The translations under genes were made by a program, and so were the position numbers. Positions 1 through 8,714 of a stretch of 55,178 bases of DNA are shown piece by piece. Source of the stretch: Pseudomonadota bacterium (GTDB lineage: Bacteria > Pseudomonadota > Alphaproteobacteria > SP197); NCBI GenBank assembly GCA_027592745.1, contig JAQCLG010000001.1, forward strand, positions 1 to 55,178, in the 5' to 3' direction. Numbering within the stretch: position 1 is the stretch's first letter; every line of letters begins with the position of its first letter. Under the pieces are notes generated by a model. That model saw only the letters and a program-made list of their open reading frames with translations. It did no database searches and had not been told where the DNA came from.

Positions 1-11
1 TTCATCGCCAT
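1..11 (-). CDS. extreme 5' end of a gene that runs off the left edge
   Basis: Minus strand reads AGGAGG (19-24), a 7-nt spacer, then ATG GCG ATG AA (11 down to 1). The product cannot be called. Confidence 0.3.
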
Positions 12-389
12 TTCTGGCCCTCCTTCCAAAACTTCAGGATGGACCAATTCAGTGGGGGAGGATCACTGGGCCAAGCACCCGGCCCACACATCCCCCCGCG
101 GCATTGATGGCTCTCGGCCGATGGCCTTTTCAGAACATTGACGTTGCCACCATGCCTTGCAGCGAGGAAACGCGCGTGTCCTGTTTTGAGCTGGGAGCGC
201 TGCAAGGCTATCGCACCTTCAGCCCATGCGAATCGACGTGATCCTCGGCCGCTGGGCCTGCCTCACCGATCAGGCTGCACCGCTCGTCTCGCGCGTAGGC
301 CGCGGCCGGCTGCCAGCTCATCTTTTCCGCAGATGTTCCGTACAACAAAAGCGCACCGCGACCGATTGGTCCCAACTCATTGAAAAAGC

Positions 390-464
390 TGGCGACCCCT
401 ACGGGAATCGAACCCGTGTCTCAACCGTGAAAGGGTCGTGTCCTGACCGCTAGACGAAGGGGTC
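390..464 (-). tRNA. tRNA-Glu (anticodon UUC)
   Basis: Minus-strand 75 nt: GACCCCTTCGTCTAGCGGTCAGGACACGACCCTTTCACGGTTGAGACACGGGTTCGATTCCCGTAGGGGTCGCCA. Acceptor GACCCCT/AGGGGTC, anticodon loop CTTTCAC, T-loop GGTTCGATTCC, encoded CCA. Confidence 0.93.
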
Positions 465-503
465 GCGGTGCGTGCCGTCATCTAGACGGTCACAAGCGCG
501 AAA

Positions 504-1328
504 TCAAGTTCGCAACGCAGGTTTCCCGTCGCGTGGCTGCGCGGCCAGCAGCGCCCGCGCCTTGCGCAGGCGCGGCGCCAGGGCGCCGTCGACGATGCCG
601 GGGGCAAGATGCTGCACGAGGCGCAGGACATGCTCGGCGGGGCCGGGATAACAGCGGTCGCGGTCGCGCGCGACGGCGTTCCAGATGCGCGCGGCGACGG
701 CCTCCGGGGTATCGACCTTCATGGCAAAGGGCGCCTCGAGTTCGCCGTGGGCGGCAAAGGCCGGGGTGCGCGCGGCACGGGGTGCGGCATGGGTGATGCC
801 GATGCCATCCACCGCCAGTTCGCGCCGTAGCGAATCGGAGAGGCCGCGCAGGCCGAACTTGCTCGCCGAATAGCCGGCAAAGAAGGGAAAGGCGATGTCG
901 CCGAACATCGAGCCGATGTTGACCACGCGCGACGGCGCGGCATCGCGCAACAGGGGCAGCAGGTCACGGGTCAGCGCCAGCGGTGCGGCAAGGTTGGTCG
1001 CCAGCATCGCGGCGATCGCGGCATCGTCGTGTTCGGCAAGGCCGCCGATGGTCTGCACCCCGGCGTTGTTGACCAGGATCTCGACCCCGCCCAGGCCCCG
1101 CCCGGCTAGGTCGACAATGGCTGCACGACCCTCGGGCCGGGTGACGTCGGCGACGCAGATGCTCGCGCGTTGCGGCCGGAGCAGCGAATCGCGCGCGGCG
1201 TTGAGCGCATCGAGGCCACGCCCGACGAGGAGCAGCCGCGCACCGCGCTCGGAGGCCTCGCGGGCAAGCGACAGACCCAGCCCCGACCCCGCACCGGTCA
1301 GCACGATACGGGCGGTCTCAAGCTGCAT
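504..1328 (-). CDS. short-chain dehydrogenase/reductase (SDR)
   Basis: ATG at 1328 (MQLETARIVLTGAGSGLG). TGxxxGxG, NNAG and YSASK motifs present. The longer ORF to 1643 is shadow sequence. Start overlaps the upstream stop (1318-1320). Confidence 0.9.
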   Translation of the reverse strand: MQLETARIVLTGAGSGLGLSLAREASERGARLLLVGRGLDALNAARDSLLRPQRASICVADVTRPEGRAAIVDLAGRGLGGVEILVNNAGVQTIGGLAEHDDAAIAAMLATNLAAPLALTRDLLPLLRDAAPSRVVNIGSMFGDIAFPFFAGYSASKFGLRGLSDSLRRELAVDGIGITHAAPRAARTPAFAAHGELEAPFAMKVDTPEAVAARIWNAVARDRDRCYPGPAEHVLRLVQHLAPGIVDGALAPRLRKARALLAAQPRDGKPALRT

Positions 1329-1998
1329 CGGGTTCGTCCCGATGGCGCGCGGCGACCTCGCGGAAGAGATCGCCGTACAGGCGATAGACGACCCCGGCCG
1401 TGTCGACGATGGCGCGGCGGGCGGCTGCGTCGTCGATGCCGTCGACCAGGGTCTCGAAGAAGGCGACATGCTCGACATCGAGGCCGCCGTGGCTGGCGAG
1501 ATAGCGGAATCCTCCGCCCCCTTCCCCGGTTCCGACACGGGCCGCGATCGCCCGGGCCGCCTGGCCGGCCAGCGCCACCGACATGCCTTCGAGAACATGG
1601 ACCATGCCGAGCATGGCGTGGGGGTCGACGTGTTCGATCGCATAGTAGGCGTAGGCGACCATCAGCCGGCAGGGCAGGCGCGCCTGGCCATCACGGACCG
1701 CAGCGGCATCGCCGCCCAGGTCGGCGATGTCCTGCAGGATCCAGGCCTCGTGCCCGCGCTCCTCGGCGATGTAGTCGAACAGCGCCTCCCGGTAGCCCGC
1801 CTGGCCGTCGTCGCAGCGCGAGGCGGCCAGCGCCAGGAGGGGACAGGTATGGCGCACGTGATGGTAGGCCTGCGAGAGGTAGTCGACATAGGCCGCGCGG
1901 GAGACGCCGCGGTCGCAGGCCTGGGCAATCACCGGGATCGCGAGGAAATCGGCGCGCTCGGCCGCCGTGGCATCGAGCAGGTGGCGATAGAAGCTCAC
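1318..1998 (-). CDS. heme-oxygenase-like diiron / iron-containing redox enzyme family protein
   Basis: GTG at 1998 with GGAGA 7 nt upstream (VSFYRHLLDATAAERADF). Carboxylate/His motifs EERGHE, HVLEG and LDVEH. GTGA overlap with the upstream stop (1995-1997). Confidence 0.75.
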   Translation of the reverse strand: MSFYRHLLDATAAERADFLAIPVIAQACDRGVSRAAYVDYLSQAYHHVRHTCPLLALAASRCDDGQAGYREALFDYIAEERGHEAWILQDIADLGGDAAAVRDGQARLPCRLMVAYAYYAIEHVDPHAMLGMVHVLEGMSVALAGQAARAIAARVGTGEGGGGFRYLASHGGLDVEHVAFFETLVDGIDDAAARRAIVDTAGVVYRLYGDLFREVAARHRDEPDAA

Positions 1999-3443
1999 GA
2001 GGGCATCTCCACGGAATGGCTGCGCCTGCCGGCGGCGGGGGAGGACGGCGCAAGGGCTGCGGCCACGGTGCGACGATCGACACTGCCGTCGGGGCGCAAC
2101 CAGCCCGAACGCATGAAACAGCCGGGCGGCACGACGGCGATGTCGCGCGGACAGGCATAGTCGGGAAGTTCCGCCCAGCATGCCGCGGCCAGGCGCTCGG
2201 CAGGCTCGCGTTCGGGAACGGCGGCCTCGATGACGGCCCGGGGGTAGTCGCCGCCATCGAGCACGGCGCAATGGGCGATCCGGGGGTCGGCGAGCAGCAG
2301 GCCCTCAGGCCAGCCCGGCGAGACGTTGCGGCCCAGCGCGGTCACGATGACGTCGTCGCGGCGCCCCGTGACGACGAGGCAACCCGTCTCGTCGAGATGA
2401 CCCAGGTCGCCGCTGTGCCAGCGCGCCGGCGCCGGCGCCGCACCCAGGTAGCCCGCCATCAGGGAGGAATCGTCGATCACGATCTCGCCGTCCTCGATCG
2501 CCACGGAGACACCGGGCAGCGGACGCCCGACGGTGCCGGCACGACGCTCGCCGGGACGATTCAGCGCGACCACCGAACAACACTCGGTCAGGCCGTAACC
2601 TTCGTGGACCGCCAGGCCGACCTTCCAGGCCCGCTCGGCCAGGCCCTGTGCGACCGGTGCGCCGCCGACCGCGACCAGACGCAGCGAGGCAGGGGCACGC
2701 CGTCTGGTCGCTTCGAGCACGCCGGTCCAGGCCGCCAGCAGCGCGGGCACCAGGACGGTCACCGTGGGTGCTGCCGCCTCGGCGGCAGCCGGCAGATCGC
2801 CGCTCCACCCCGAGGGCCCGCGGGGAGCGAACCGCACCCCTCCCCCCGCGATCAGGACGACATGGATCGCACAGAGCATTTCCAGCAGCAGGCTGACGGG
2901 CAGGACCGAGAGATGGAGATCGTCCGGTCCGGCCGAACAGGCCACACCCAGGGTGAACGCCTTGGCATCGACGGCCGCCGCCTCGATCACCACGCCCCTG
3001 GGCCGCCCGGTCGTACCGGAGGTATAGGCGATGACACGCCCGCCGCGATCGGCCAGCCCGCCAACCTCGCAGGGGCGGTCCTCGATCACGGCAACGGGAC
3101 GTTCCCAACGCGTCGCCCGCAGTACCTGCGAGGGGCTCGCGGCAATCACCGTCACGCCGGCATCGGCGATGACGTGGGCGCATTGTTCCTCGCTGAAGAA
3201 CAGCGGTAAAGGCACCAGGGTGGCGCCCAGTGCGCGCACCGCCAGGACAGCGACCATCCAGTCGGGACCGTCCTCGGCCAGCACGCCGACCACGGACGCC
3301 TGGCTGCCCAGCATCGCGGCCAGCGCCGTGATACGGCCGGCAAGGCCCGACGCGTCGTGCTGCGTGCCGTCACAGGCTACCGCGACCACATCGCCGGGAT
3401 CGCGCGTGGCGCGCGAAAGCAGCCTGTCGAGGGCGCTAGGCAT
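1995..3443 (-). CDS. AMP-dependent (adenylate-forming) synthetase/ligase
   Basis: ATG at 3443 (MPSALDRLL). Motifs YTSGTTGRPRG, GYGLTE and GDLGHLDETGCLVVTGRRDD. 8-nt overlap with the upstream gene stop (3436-3438). Confidence 0.9.
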   Translation of the reverse strand: MPSALDRLLSRATRDPGDVVAVACDGTQHDASGLAGRITALAAMLGSQASVVGVLAEDGPDWMVAVLAVRALGATLVPLPLFFSEEQCAHVIADAGVTVIAASPSQVLRATRWERPVAVIEDRPCEVGGLADRGGRVIAYTSGTTGRPRGVVIEAAAVDAKAFTLGVACSAGPDDLHLSVLPVSLLLEMLCAIHVVLIAGGGVRFAPRGPSGWSGDLPAAAEAAAPTVTVLVPALLAAWTGVLEATRRRAPASLRLVAVGGAPVAQGLAERAWKVGLAVHEGYGLTECCSVVALNRPGERRAGTVGRPLPGVSVAIEDGEIVIDDSSLMAGYLGAAPAPARWHSGDLGHLDETGCLVVTGRRDDVIVTALGRNVSPGWPEGLLLADPRIAHCAVLDGGDYPRAVIEAAVPEREPAERLAAACWAELPDYACPRDIAVVPPGCFMRSGWLRPDGSVDRRTVAAALAPSSPAAGRRSHSVEMPS

Positions 3444-4035
3444 GGATGGCCCCCGGCAGCAGCGTGCGCAGCGCGGGACCGACCGGCAGACGGCCGGCCC
3501 GGTGGCCGGCCGGCACGTCGTCGAGCAGACACACCGCAGGGTCGGCATCGTAATAGCTGCCCCAGGCCGCCGGGTCGCCGACCCGTTCCCGCATCGCCGG
3601 AGCCAGCTCGACGACCGTGTAACCCGCCCGGCGCAGCGCACGGCGCAACGGGGCGGTGGCGGTGCAGACGCCGCAATCCATGCCCAGGCCGCGCCCGATC
3701 TCGCACACCCGCTCGATCAGCTGCATGGCATGGCCATGGCCGATGCCGGCCAGGGTCGTCACCTCGAGAATGGCAGCGGGCGCGACGCTGCGGCCGGTAC
3801 GGCGCAGGATCACATCCTCGATGTCTTCGTCGAGATAACAGGCGCTGAAACTTGCCTGCCAGCCCAGGCGCAATCCGGCGGCACAGAGGGGCCGGCCCTG
3901 CGCATCGGCCAGGGCAACCAGATGACGGGGAAAGGCTGCCAGGTCGGCCCCGTAGGCGTCCCGGTAGATGGAGCGGATCAGGTCCTCGACGACCCGCCGC
4001 ATGGGATCGCCGGGCTCGACAGTCAGGAAGTGCAT
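3436..4035 (-). CDS. thermostable-hemolysin-family protein (GNAT-like acyltransferase fold)
   Basis: ATG at 4035 with GAGG 6 nt upstream (MHFLTVEPGDPMRRVVEDLIRSIY). About 199 aa. Family call rests on remembered resemblance to T_hemolysin-type proteins, not on a search. Confidence 0.6.
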   Translation of the reverse strand: MHFLTVEPGDPMRRVVEDLIRSIYRDAYGADLAAFPRHLVALADAQGRPLCAAGLRLGWQASFSACYLDEDIEDVILRRTGRSVAPAAILEVTTLAGIGHGHAMQLIERVCEIGRGLGMDCGVCTATAPLRRALRRAGYTVVELAPAMRERVGDPAAWGSYYDADPAVCLLDDVPAGHRAGRLPVGPALRTLLPGAIHA

Positions 4036-4101
4036 GCCAGACCTCGTGGTTGAGGCCCCATCTAGCATTGCCGGACTTACCCCTGGCTTACAGCAGGGCG
4101 A

Positions 4102-5487
4102 TCATGCGGGCCGCAGGGTGATGCTGAACATCGCGCCGCGCCGGCCCTGCGCGTCGGCCGGGGCCTCGCCGACCACCAGGACCGCACCATGGGCGCGCAC
4201 GATCTGGTCGACGATGGCAAGACCCAGTCCGGCGCCGTTGGTGGCTCGGTCGGCACGCCAGAAGCGCTTCATGACCTTGGCGCGGTCCTCCGGGGCGATG
4301 CCGGGCCCATGGTCGATGACATGGAGCGTGGCGGGCCGCTCGATCACGATCTCGACCGCACTGCCGGCCGGCGCATGACCGATGGCATTCTCCACGAGGT
4401 TGCGCAGCGCGTGGCCCAGCGCCTCGGCGTGACCCGATACCGGCATCGGCCCCGCCTCGCTGCCGATCAGCTCGACCGTGACGCCGGCCTCGACCGCAAT
4501 CGGGGCAAGGAAGATCGCCACGCCGCGGGCGACCTCGACCAGGTCGACCCGGGCATCGACCGGCAGAACGAAGGTTTCCGCCTGCGCGGCATAGAGAAGC
4601 TGGGCAACGATCCGGTTGAGCACCGCGACGTCGCTCTTCAGGCGCTGCTTGAGGGCCGTATCGGCCACCTGGTCGATCTGGACGTTGAGGATGGCAAGGG
4701 GCGTGCGCAACTGGTGGGCAGCATCGGCGGAAAAGGCGCGCTGGACCTCGATGCCCGTCTGAAGCCGGGCAAAGGCGCGGTTGACGGCCTCGATCAGCGG
4801 CAGCACCTCGACCGGCATGTCGGCTTCGGGCAGGCGCGAGGCCGCATCGCCTGGAACGATCCGCGTGGCAAGCTCGGAGGCTACGCGTACCGGCCGCAGG
4901 GTGCCGCGCACGGTGGCGAAGGTGGTCGCCAGCAGGATGACGATGAAGAGCAGGACGACCCAGCCATGTTCGTCGGCGAATTCGACAAGCATGGTGTCGA
5001 GCAGCACGTCGCCGTGATCCTCGCTCTGGGCAGCCTGGATCACCAGGACCTGGCCATCGATCTGATAGGCCTTGGCGACGCCCGAAAGCTTGCCGGCGTT
5101 GCCCTGCCGTGGCGCCATGAAAAAGGCCTCGGTGCCCGGTGGCAGGATGGCCAGATCGTGGGCCAGCGCCCGATAGATGCCCGGCGAGGCCGCGACCAGG
5201 CTGCCCGCCCCATCGAGCACGGCATAGATGGCGCGCTCGCCGGCCGCGAACTGCTCGTAGGACAGGCGCAAGTGCTCCGGCAGGACCACCTCGAACCCTT
5301 AGCCGCCGGCCACGACGTAACGGGCGATGTCATCGGCCTGACGGGTCAGGCTGGCATCGCGCAGGCCGCCGATGATGGTATCGAGGCGCCAGCCCAGCAC
5401 GGCCAGAAGGGCGACGACCAAGATGACGGTCGCTGCGGTCAGGCGCAGCGCCAGCTTGAGAAACAGGGACGGGGCGCGGCGCGCCAT
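4102..5487 (-). pseudogene. sensor histidine kinase (TM, HAMP-like, HisKA H-box AHQLRTPL, HATPase_c) interrupted by an in-frame TAA
   Basis: ATG at 5487 (MARRAPSLFLKLALRL, TM1) forms an ATGA overlap with the response-regulator stop. The same frame reads ...YVVAGG TAA GFEVVLPEH..., with TAA at 5299-5301. The rest is intact down to the stop at 4102. Confidence 0.7.
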
Positions 5488-6176
5488 CAGGCCCTGGCGT
5501 CCGCCCGCTCCTCGGTCAGCAGGTAGCCGATCCCGCGCAGGGTGTGGATGGCGACCTCTGCGCCTGCCTCCACCAGCTTCTTGCGCAGACGATGCACGGC
5601 GACCTCGACCGAATTGGCGGACCCGCTGTCGTCGTAGCCGTAAAGCGACCCCTCGAGCAAGGTCTTGGGCACGACGCGGCCGGCCCGGCGCATGAAGTGT
5701 TCGAGCACGCTGAGTTCGCGGCGCGAAAGCGGCAGCCCGGCCCCGTCGATCATCGCCTCGCGCGAGATGGTGTCGAGTTGCAGGTTGCCGCTCACCAGTT
5801 CGGCGCCCAACGCGCCGCCGGCGCAGCGCAGCAGGGCATGCAGGCGGGCGATCAGCTCGGGCATGTCGAAGGGTTTCAGGACATAGTCGTCCGCACCCAG
5901 GTTGAGGCCGTTGACCCGGTCCTCCAGGCCGTCGCGCGCCGTCAGGATCAGGACCGGGACGTCGTGCCCGGCGGCACGCAGGCCCTGGAGCACCTGCAGG
6001 CCATCGCCGTCGGGAAGTCACAGGTCAAGGACGATGACGTCGTACTGCAGCGCCCCGGCCGCGGCCTCGGCATCGCCTGCCGTGGCGACGGCATCGACGG
6101 CGAAACCGGCGCCTCGCAACGCCTCGGCGACGATGGTCGCCAGCCTGTGATTGTCCTCGACCAGCAGAACACGCAT
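5487..6176 (-). pseudogene. OmpR/PhoB-type response regulator interrupted by an in-frame TGA
   Basis: ATG at 6176 (MRVLLVEDNHRL). The frame reads ...YDVIVLDL TGA LPDGDGLQVLQGLRAAGHDVPVLILTARD..., with TGA at 6018-6020. Winged-helix C-terminus is intact (VEVAVHRLRKKL). Confidence 0.7.
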
Positions 6177-6208
6177 GGCGCCGCCCCGGCGATGGCCCTT
6201 CCGCGCCC

Positions 6209-6862
6209 TCAGCGCAGGACGTATTCGATGTTCGAACCGTCTTCGGCGCTGAAGCGCACCTTCACAAGAACACCCTGCGGGTCGTACCACAACTCGCGAA
6301 GGAGATCGCCCGAGAGTCTGTAGTGGCTTGCGGTCACCGGACCGGCCAGCCCCCTGACCTCCTCGTTGCCCAGCGTCTCGACGCTCACGGCCATCGCCGA
6401 ACCGTCGAGGGTGTTGAGCAGAACGGTCCGGGGTGCCGCGACAATGGCGTTGTTCCACAGGCTGGCCGGCAAGAGACCGGCGGGTCGTTCGGCGCCCACC
6501 CCGTTGTCGGAGACGCGGATGGCGTCGTCGTCTGCGGTCACGACCAGCTCGTGGTCCTCGCCATCGTCGTCGGTGCGGCTTTCAAGGGTTGCGAGGCGGC
6601 CGTTCTCCCAGTGTTCGTGGCCCTCATGTTCGAAGCGGTAGACGGTCACGAACATCATGGAGACCTCGATGTCGGTCTCGATGTCGACGTCGACGCCGCC
6701 GTTTGCGGACGCGGCGAAGCGCAGGACATGGGTGCCGATCTCCTCACCATCGCGCAGGACGGTGAAGTCCAGCGCGCCATCGGCGGGATAGGCGGCGGCA
6801 TGGGCGCCCGGGCCCGTGCCGAAGACACTTGCCGCAAGCAGGGCGGCAGGCAACCAGCGCAT
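6209..6862 (-). CDS. secreted hypothetical protein (possibly DUF6134-like)
   Basis: ATG at 6862 with GGAGG upstream. Signal peptide MRWLPAALLAASVFGTGPGAHAAA. Beta-rich, acidic mature part. Family name is from memory only. Confidence 0.6.
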   Translation of the reverse strand: MRWLPAALLAASVFGTGPGAHAAAYPADGALDFTVLRDGEEIGTHVLRFAASANGGVDVDIETDIEVSMMFVTVYRFEHEGHEHWENGRLATLESRTDDDGEDHELVVTADDDAIRVSDNGVGAERPAGLLPASLWNNAIVAAPRTVLLNTLDGSAMAVSVETLGNEEVRGLAGPVTASHYRLSGDLLRELWYDPQGVLVKVRFSAEDGSNIEYVLR

Positions 6863-6947
6863 GTTCACGGGGAGAACCTCCAGGAAATCCACAAGGTGGA
6901 TCGTCTTCTAGGCCGCGCGGCTTACCGCCGGCTTACCTGGATCACGC

Positions 6948-8711
6948 CTACTGCGCCGGCGCGGCGTCCTCGATGATGAGCTGGGCCCGCTCGGCGCCCT
7001 GCCAGCGGTCCATGCGCAGCTTACCGGCCAGGTGCAGCTCCCGCCCCGTGCCGGCGGTCAGGGCCTGGCCCAGCGGTTCGCCCGCGGCGCGGAAGGCGAT
7101 GGCCTTGAGGCGGGCGCCGTCGCCGCCGGCCAGGATGCAGCGGACATGATCGGCGCCCACGACATCGGCGCGCACGACCCGGGCGCCGGAAACGACGAAG
7201 CGCGGCTCTGCATTGCCGACGCCGAAGGGTCCCAGGCGCTCGATGGCGGACAGCAGTGCGACATTGGCCGCGCCGACGGCAAGGCTGCCGTCGATTCCCA
7301 GTTCGGGCAGGACCGGGCGTTCCGAGACCGCCCGCGCCAGGCGTTCGCAGAGGAAGGCCGCAACCTCGGCCAGACGGCCCTCCTCGACCGTGATGCCCGC
7401 AGCCATGGGATGACCGCCGCCGTTGACCAGAAGCCCGGCCTGGCGCGCCGCGGTGACCGCCGCACCCAGATCGACCCCGGCGAGCGAGCGACCCGAACCC
7501 TTGCCGATGCCGCCGGCCAGCGCGACGACAAAGGCCGGACGGTTGAAGCGTTCGACGACGCGGCTGGCGACGATGCCGATGACGCCGGGATGCCAGCCTG
7601 GGTCGGCAACGACGATGCAGGAGGCGTCCGCCTGGGCCTCGGCCTGGCGCAGGGCGGCCTCGAGCACACCCTTCTCGATCGTCTGGCGCTCGATGTTGAG
7701 CGCGTCCAGGCGCAGGGCGAGGCCGGTGGCGACATCGCCGTCCTCGGTAGTGAGCAGGCGCACCCCCAGGTCGGGTTCGGCGACACGGCCGCCGGCATTG
7801 ATGCGCGGGCCCAGGATGAAGCCGGCATGGTAGGCGCCGGGCGCCTCGGTGATGCGTGCGATATCGGCCAGCGCCGCCAGGCCGCGGTTGCCGCGGCTGG
7901 CCATCGCCTTGAAGCCCTGCAGGGCGAGGGCGCGGTTGAGGCCGGTGAGCGGCACCGAATCGCAGATCGTGCCGAGCGCGACCAGATCGAGCCAGGCCAT
8001 GAGCTGGGGCTCGGCGCGCGTCGCGTAATGGCCGCGGCGGCGCAGTTCACGGTTGAGCGCGACCACGGCCATGAAGGTGACGCCCACGGCGGCAAGCTGG
8101 CCCAGGCCGCTGCTATCGTCGAGCCGGTTGGGATTGACGACGGCGCGGGCCGCCGGAAGGGCCGCCTCGGCGGTGTGGTGGTCGAAGACGATGACCTCGA
8201 TGCCGGCCTCATGGGCCAGACGCAGGGGCTCGAAGGCCGAAATGCCGCAGTCGACGGTGACGACGAGGCGCGCGCCCCTCTCGCGCAACGCGAGCAGCGC
8301 CGGGGCATTGGGGCCATAACCTTCCTTCTGCCGGTCGGGGATGTGAACCACGGCCGGCACGCCCAGCGCGCCGAAGAAACGCACCAGCAGGGCCGATGAC
8401 GTGGCGCCGTCGACGTCGTAGTCGCCGAAGATGCCGATCGTCTCGCCGGCCACGACCGCATCGGCCAGCCTTGCGACCGCCTCGTCCATGCCGGCCATGA
8501 CCGACGGGTCGGGCAGCAGGGCGCGCAGGGTCGGATTGAGGAAATCGCCAGCGCGGTCGGCATCGATGCCGCGGGCGGCCAGGACCCGCGCGACGATCTC
8601 GGGCAGATCGAGACGCTGGGCCAGGGCAAGCGCCAGGCGATCGTCGTCCAGCCGGTTGCGCCAGCGGCGCCCGCCGATCGAACGTTCGACGCCCAGCGTC
8701 GTTGCCGCCAC
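6948..8711 (-). CDS. recJ: single-stranded-DNA-specific exonuclease RecJ
   Basis: 587 aa with GTG start at 8711. DHH-family motifs IGIFGDYDVDGATS, VTVDCG and VFDHHT. Confidence 0.93.
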   Translation of the reverse strand: MAATTLGVERSIGGRRWRNRLDDDRLALALAQRLDLPEIVARVLAARGIDADRAGDFLNPTLRALLPDPSVMAGMDEAVARLADAVVAGETIGIFGDYDVDGATSSALLVRFFGALGVPAVVHIPDRQKEGYGPNAPALLALRERGARLVVTVDCGISAFEPLRLAHEAGIEVIVFDHHTAEAALPAARAVVNPNRLDDSSGLGQLAAVGVTFMAVVALNRELRRRGHYATRAEPQLMAWLDLVALGTICDSVPLTGLNRALALQGFKAMASRGNRGLAALADIARITEAPGAYHAGFILGPRINAGGRVAEPDLGVRLLTTEDGDVATGLALRLDALNIERQTIEKGVLEAALRQAEAQADASCIVVADPGWHPGVIGIVASRVVERFNRPAFVVALAGGIGKGSGRSLAGVDLGAAVTAARQAGLLVNGGGHPMAAGITVEEGRLAEVAAFLCERLARAVSERPVLPELGIDGSLAVGAANVALLSAIERLGPFGVGNAEPRFVVSGARVVRADVVGADHVRCILAGGDGARLKAIAFRAAGEPLGQALTAGTGRELHLAGKLRMDRWQGAERAQLIIEDAAPAQ

Positions 8712-8714
8712 CGA

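Noticed and set aside
240-330. Resemblance of minus-strand ...GCGAGACGAGCGGTGCAGCCTGATCGGTGAGGCAGGCCCAGCGGCCGAGGA to the 3' half of a TPP riboswitch (CUGAGA ... CCUGAUC ... GCCAGCG ... GGGA), and of 181-240 to SAM-II.
   Set aside because: Only fragments match. The conserved CUGAGA and ACCC elements are absent, and the distance to the start codon is atypical. This cannot be supported without a covariance-model scan.
2-453. Small ORFs at the left end (2..205 -, 138..383 +, 226..453 +).
   Set aside because: They have no RBS, biased composition and overlap the tRNA. The region is better explained as a non-coding leader.
895-3209. Long plus-strand ORFs (895..2160, 1170..3209) opposite the SDR, diiron-enzyme and ligase genes.
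   Set aside because: Their translations are Arg/Gly/Pro/Ala-rich low-complexity sequence, typical of antisense shadow ORFs in high-GC DNA. The minus-strand genes carry clear catalytic motifs.
6018-6020. The TGA in the response regulator as a selenocysteine codon or programmed readthrough site.
   Set aside because: The position corresponds to a structurally conserved small residue after the phospho-acceptor Asp, where Sec has no rationale. Neighbouring genes carry TAA and TAG lesions as well. I saw no convincing SECIS-like element, only ordinary GC-rich pairing.
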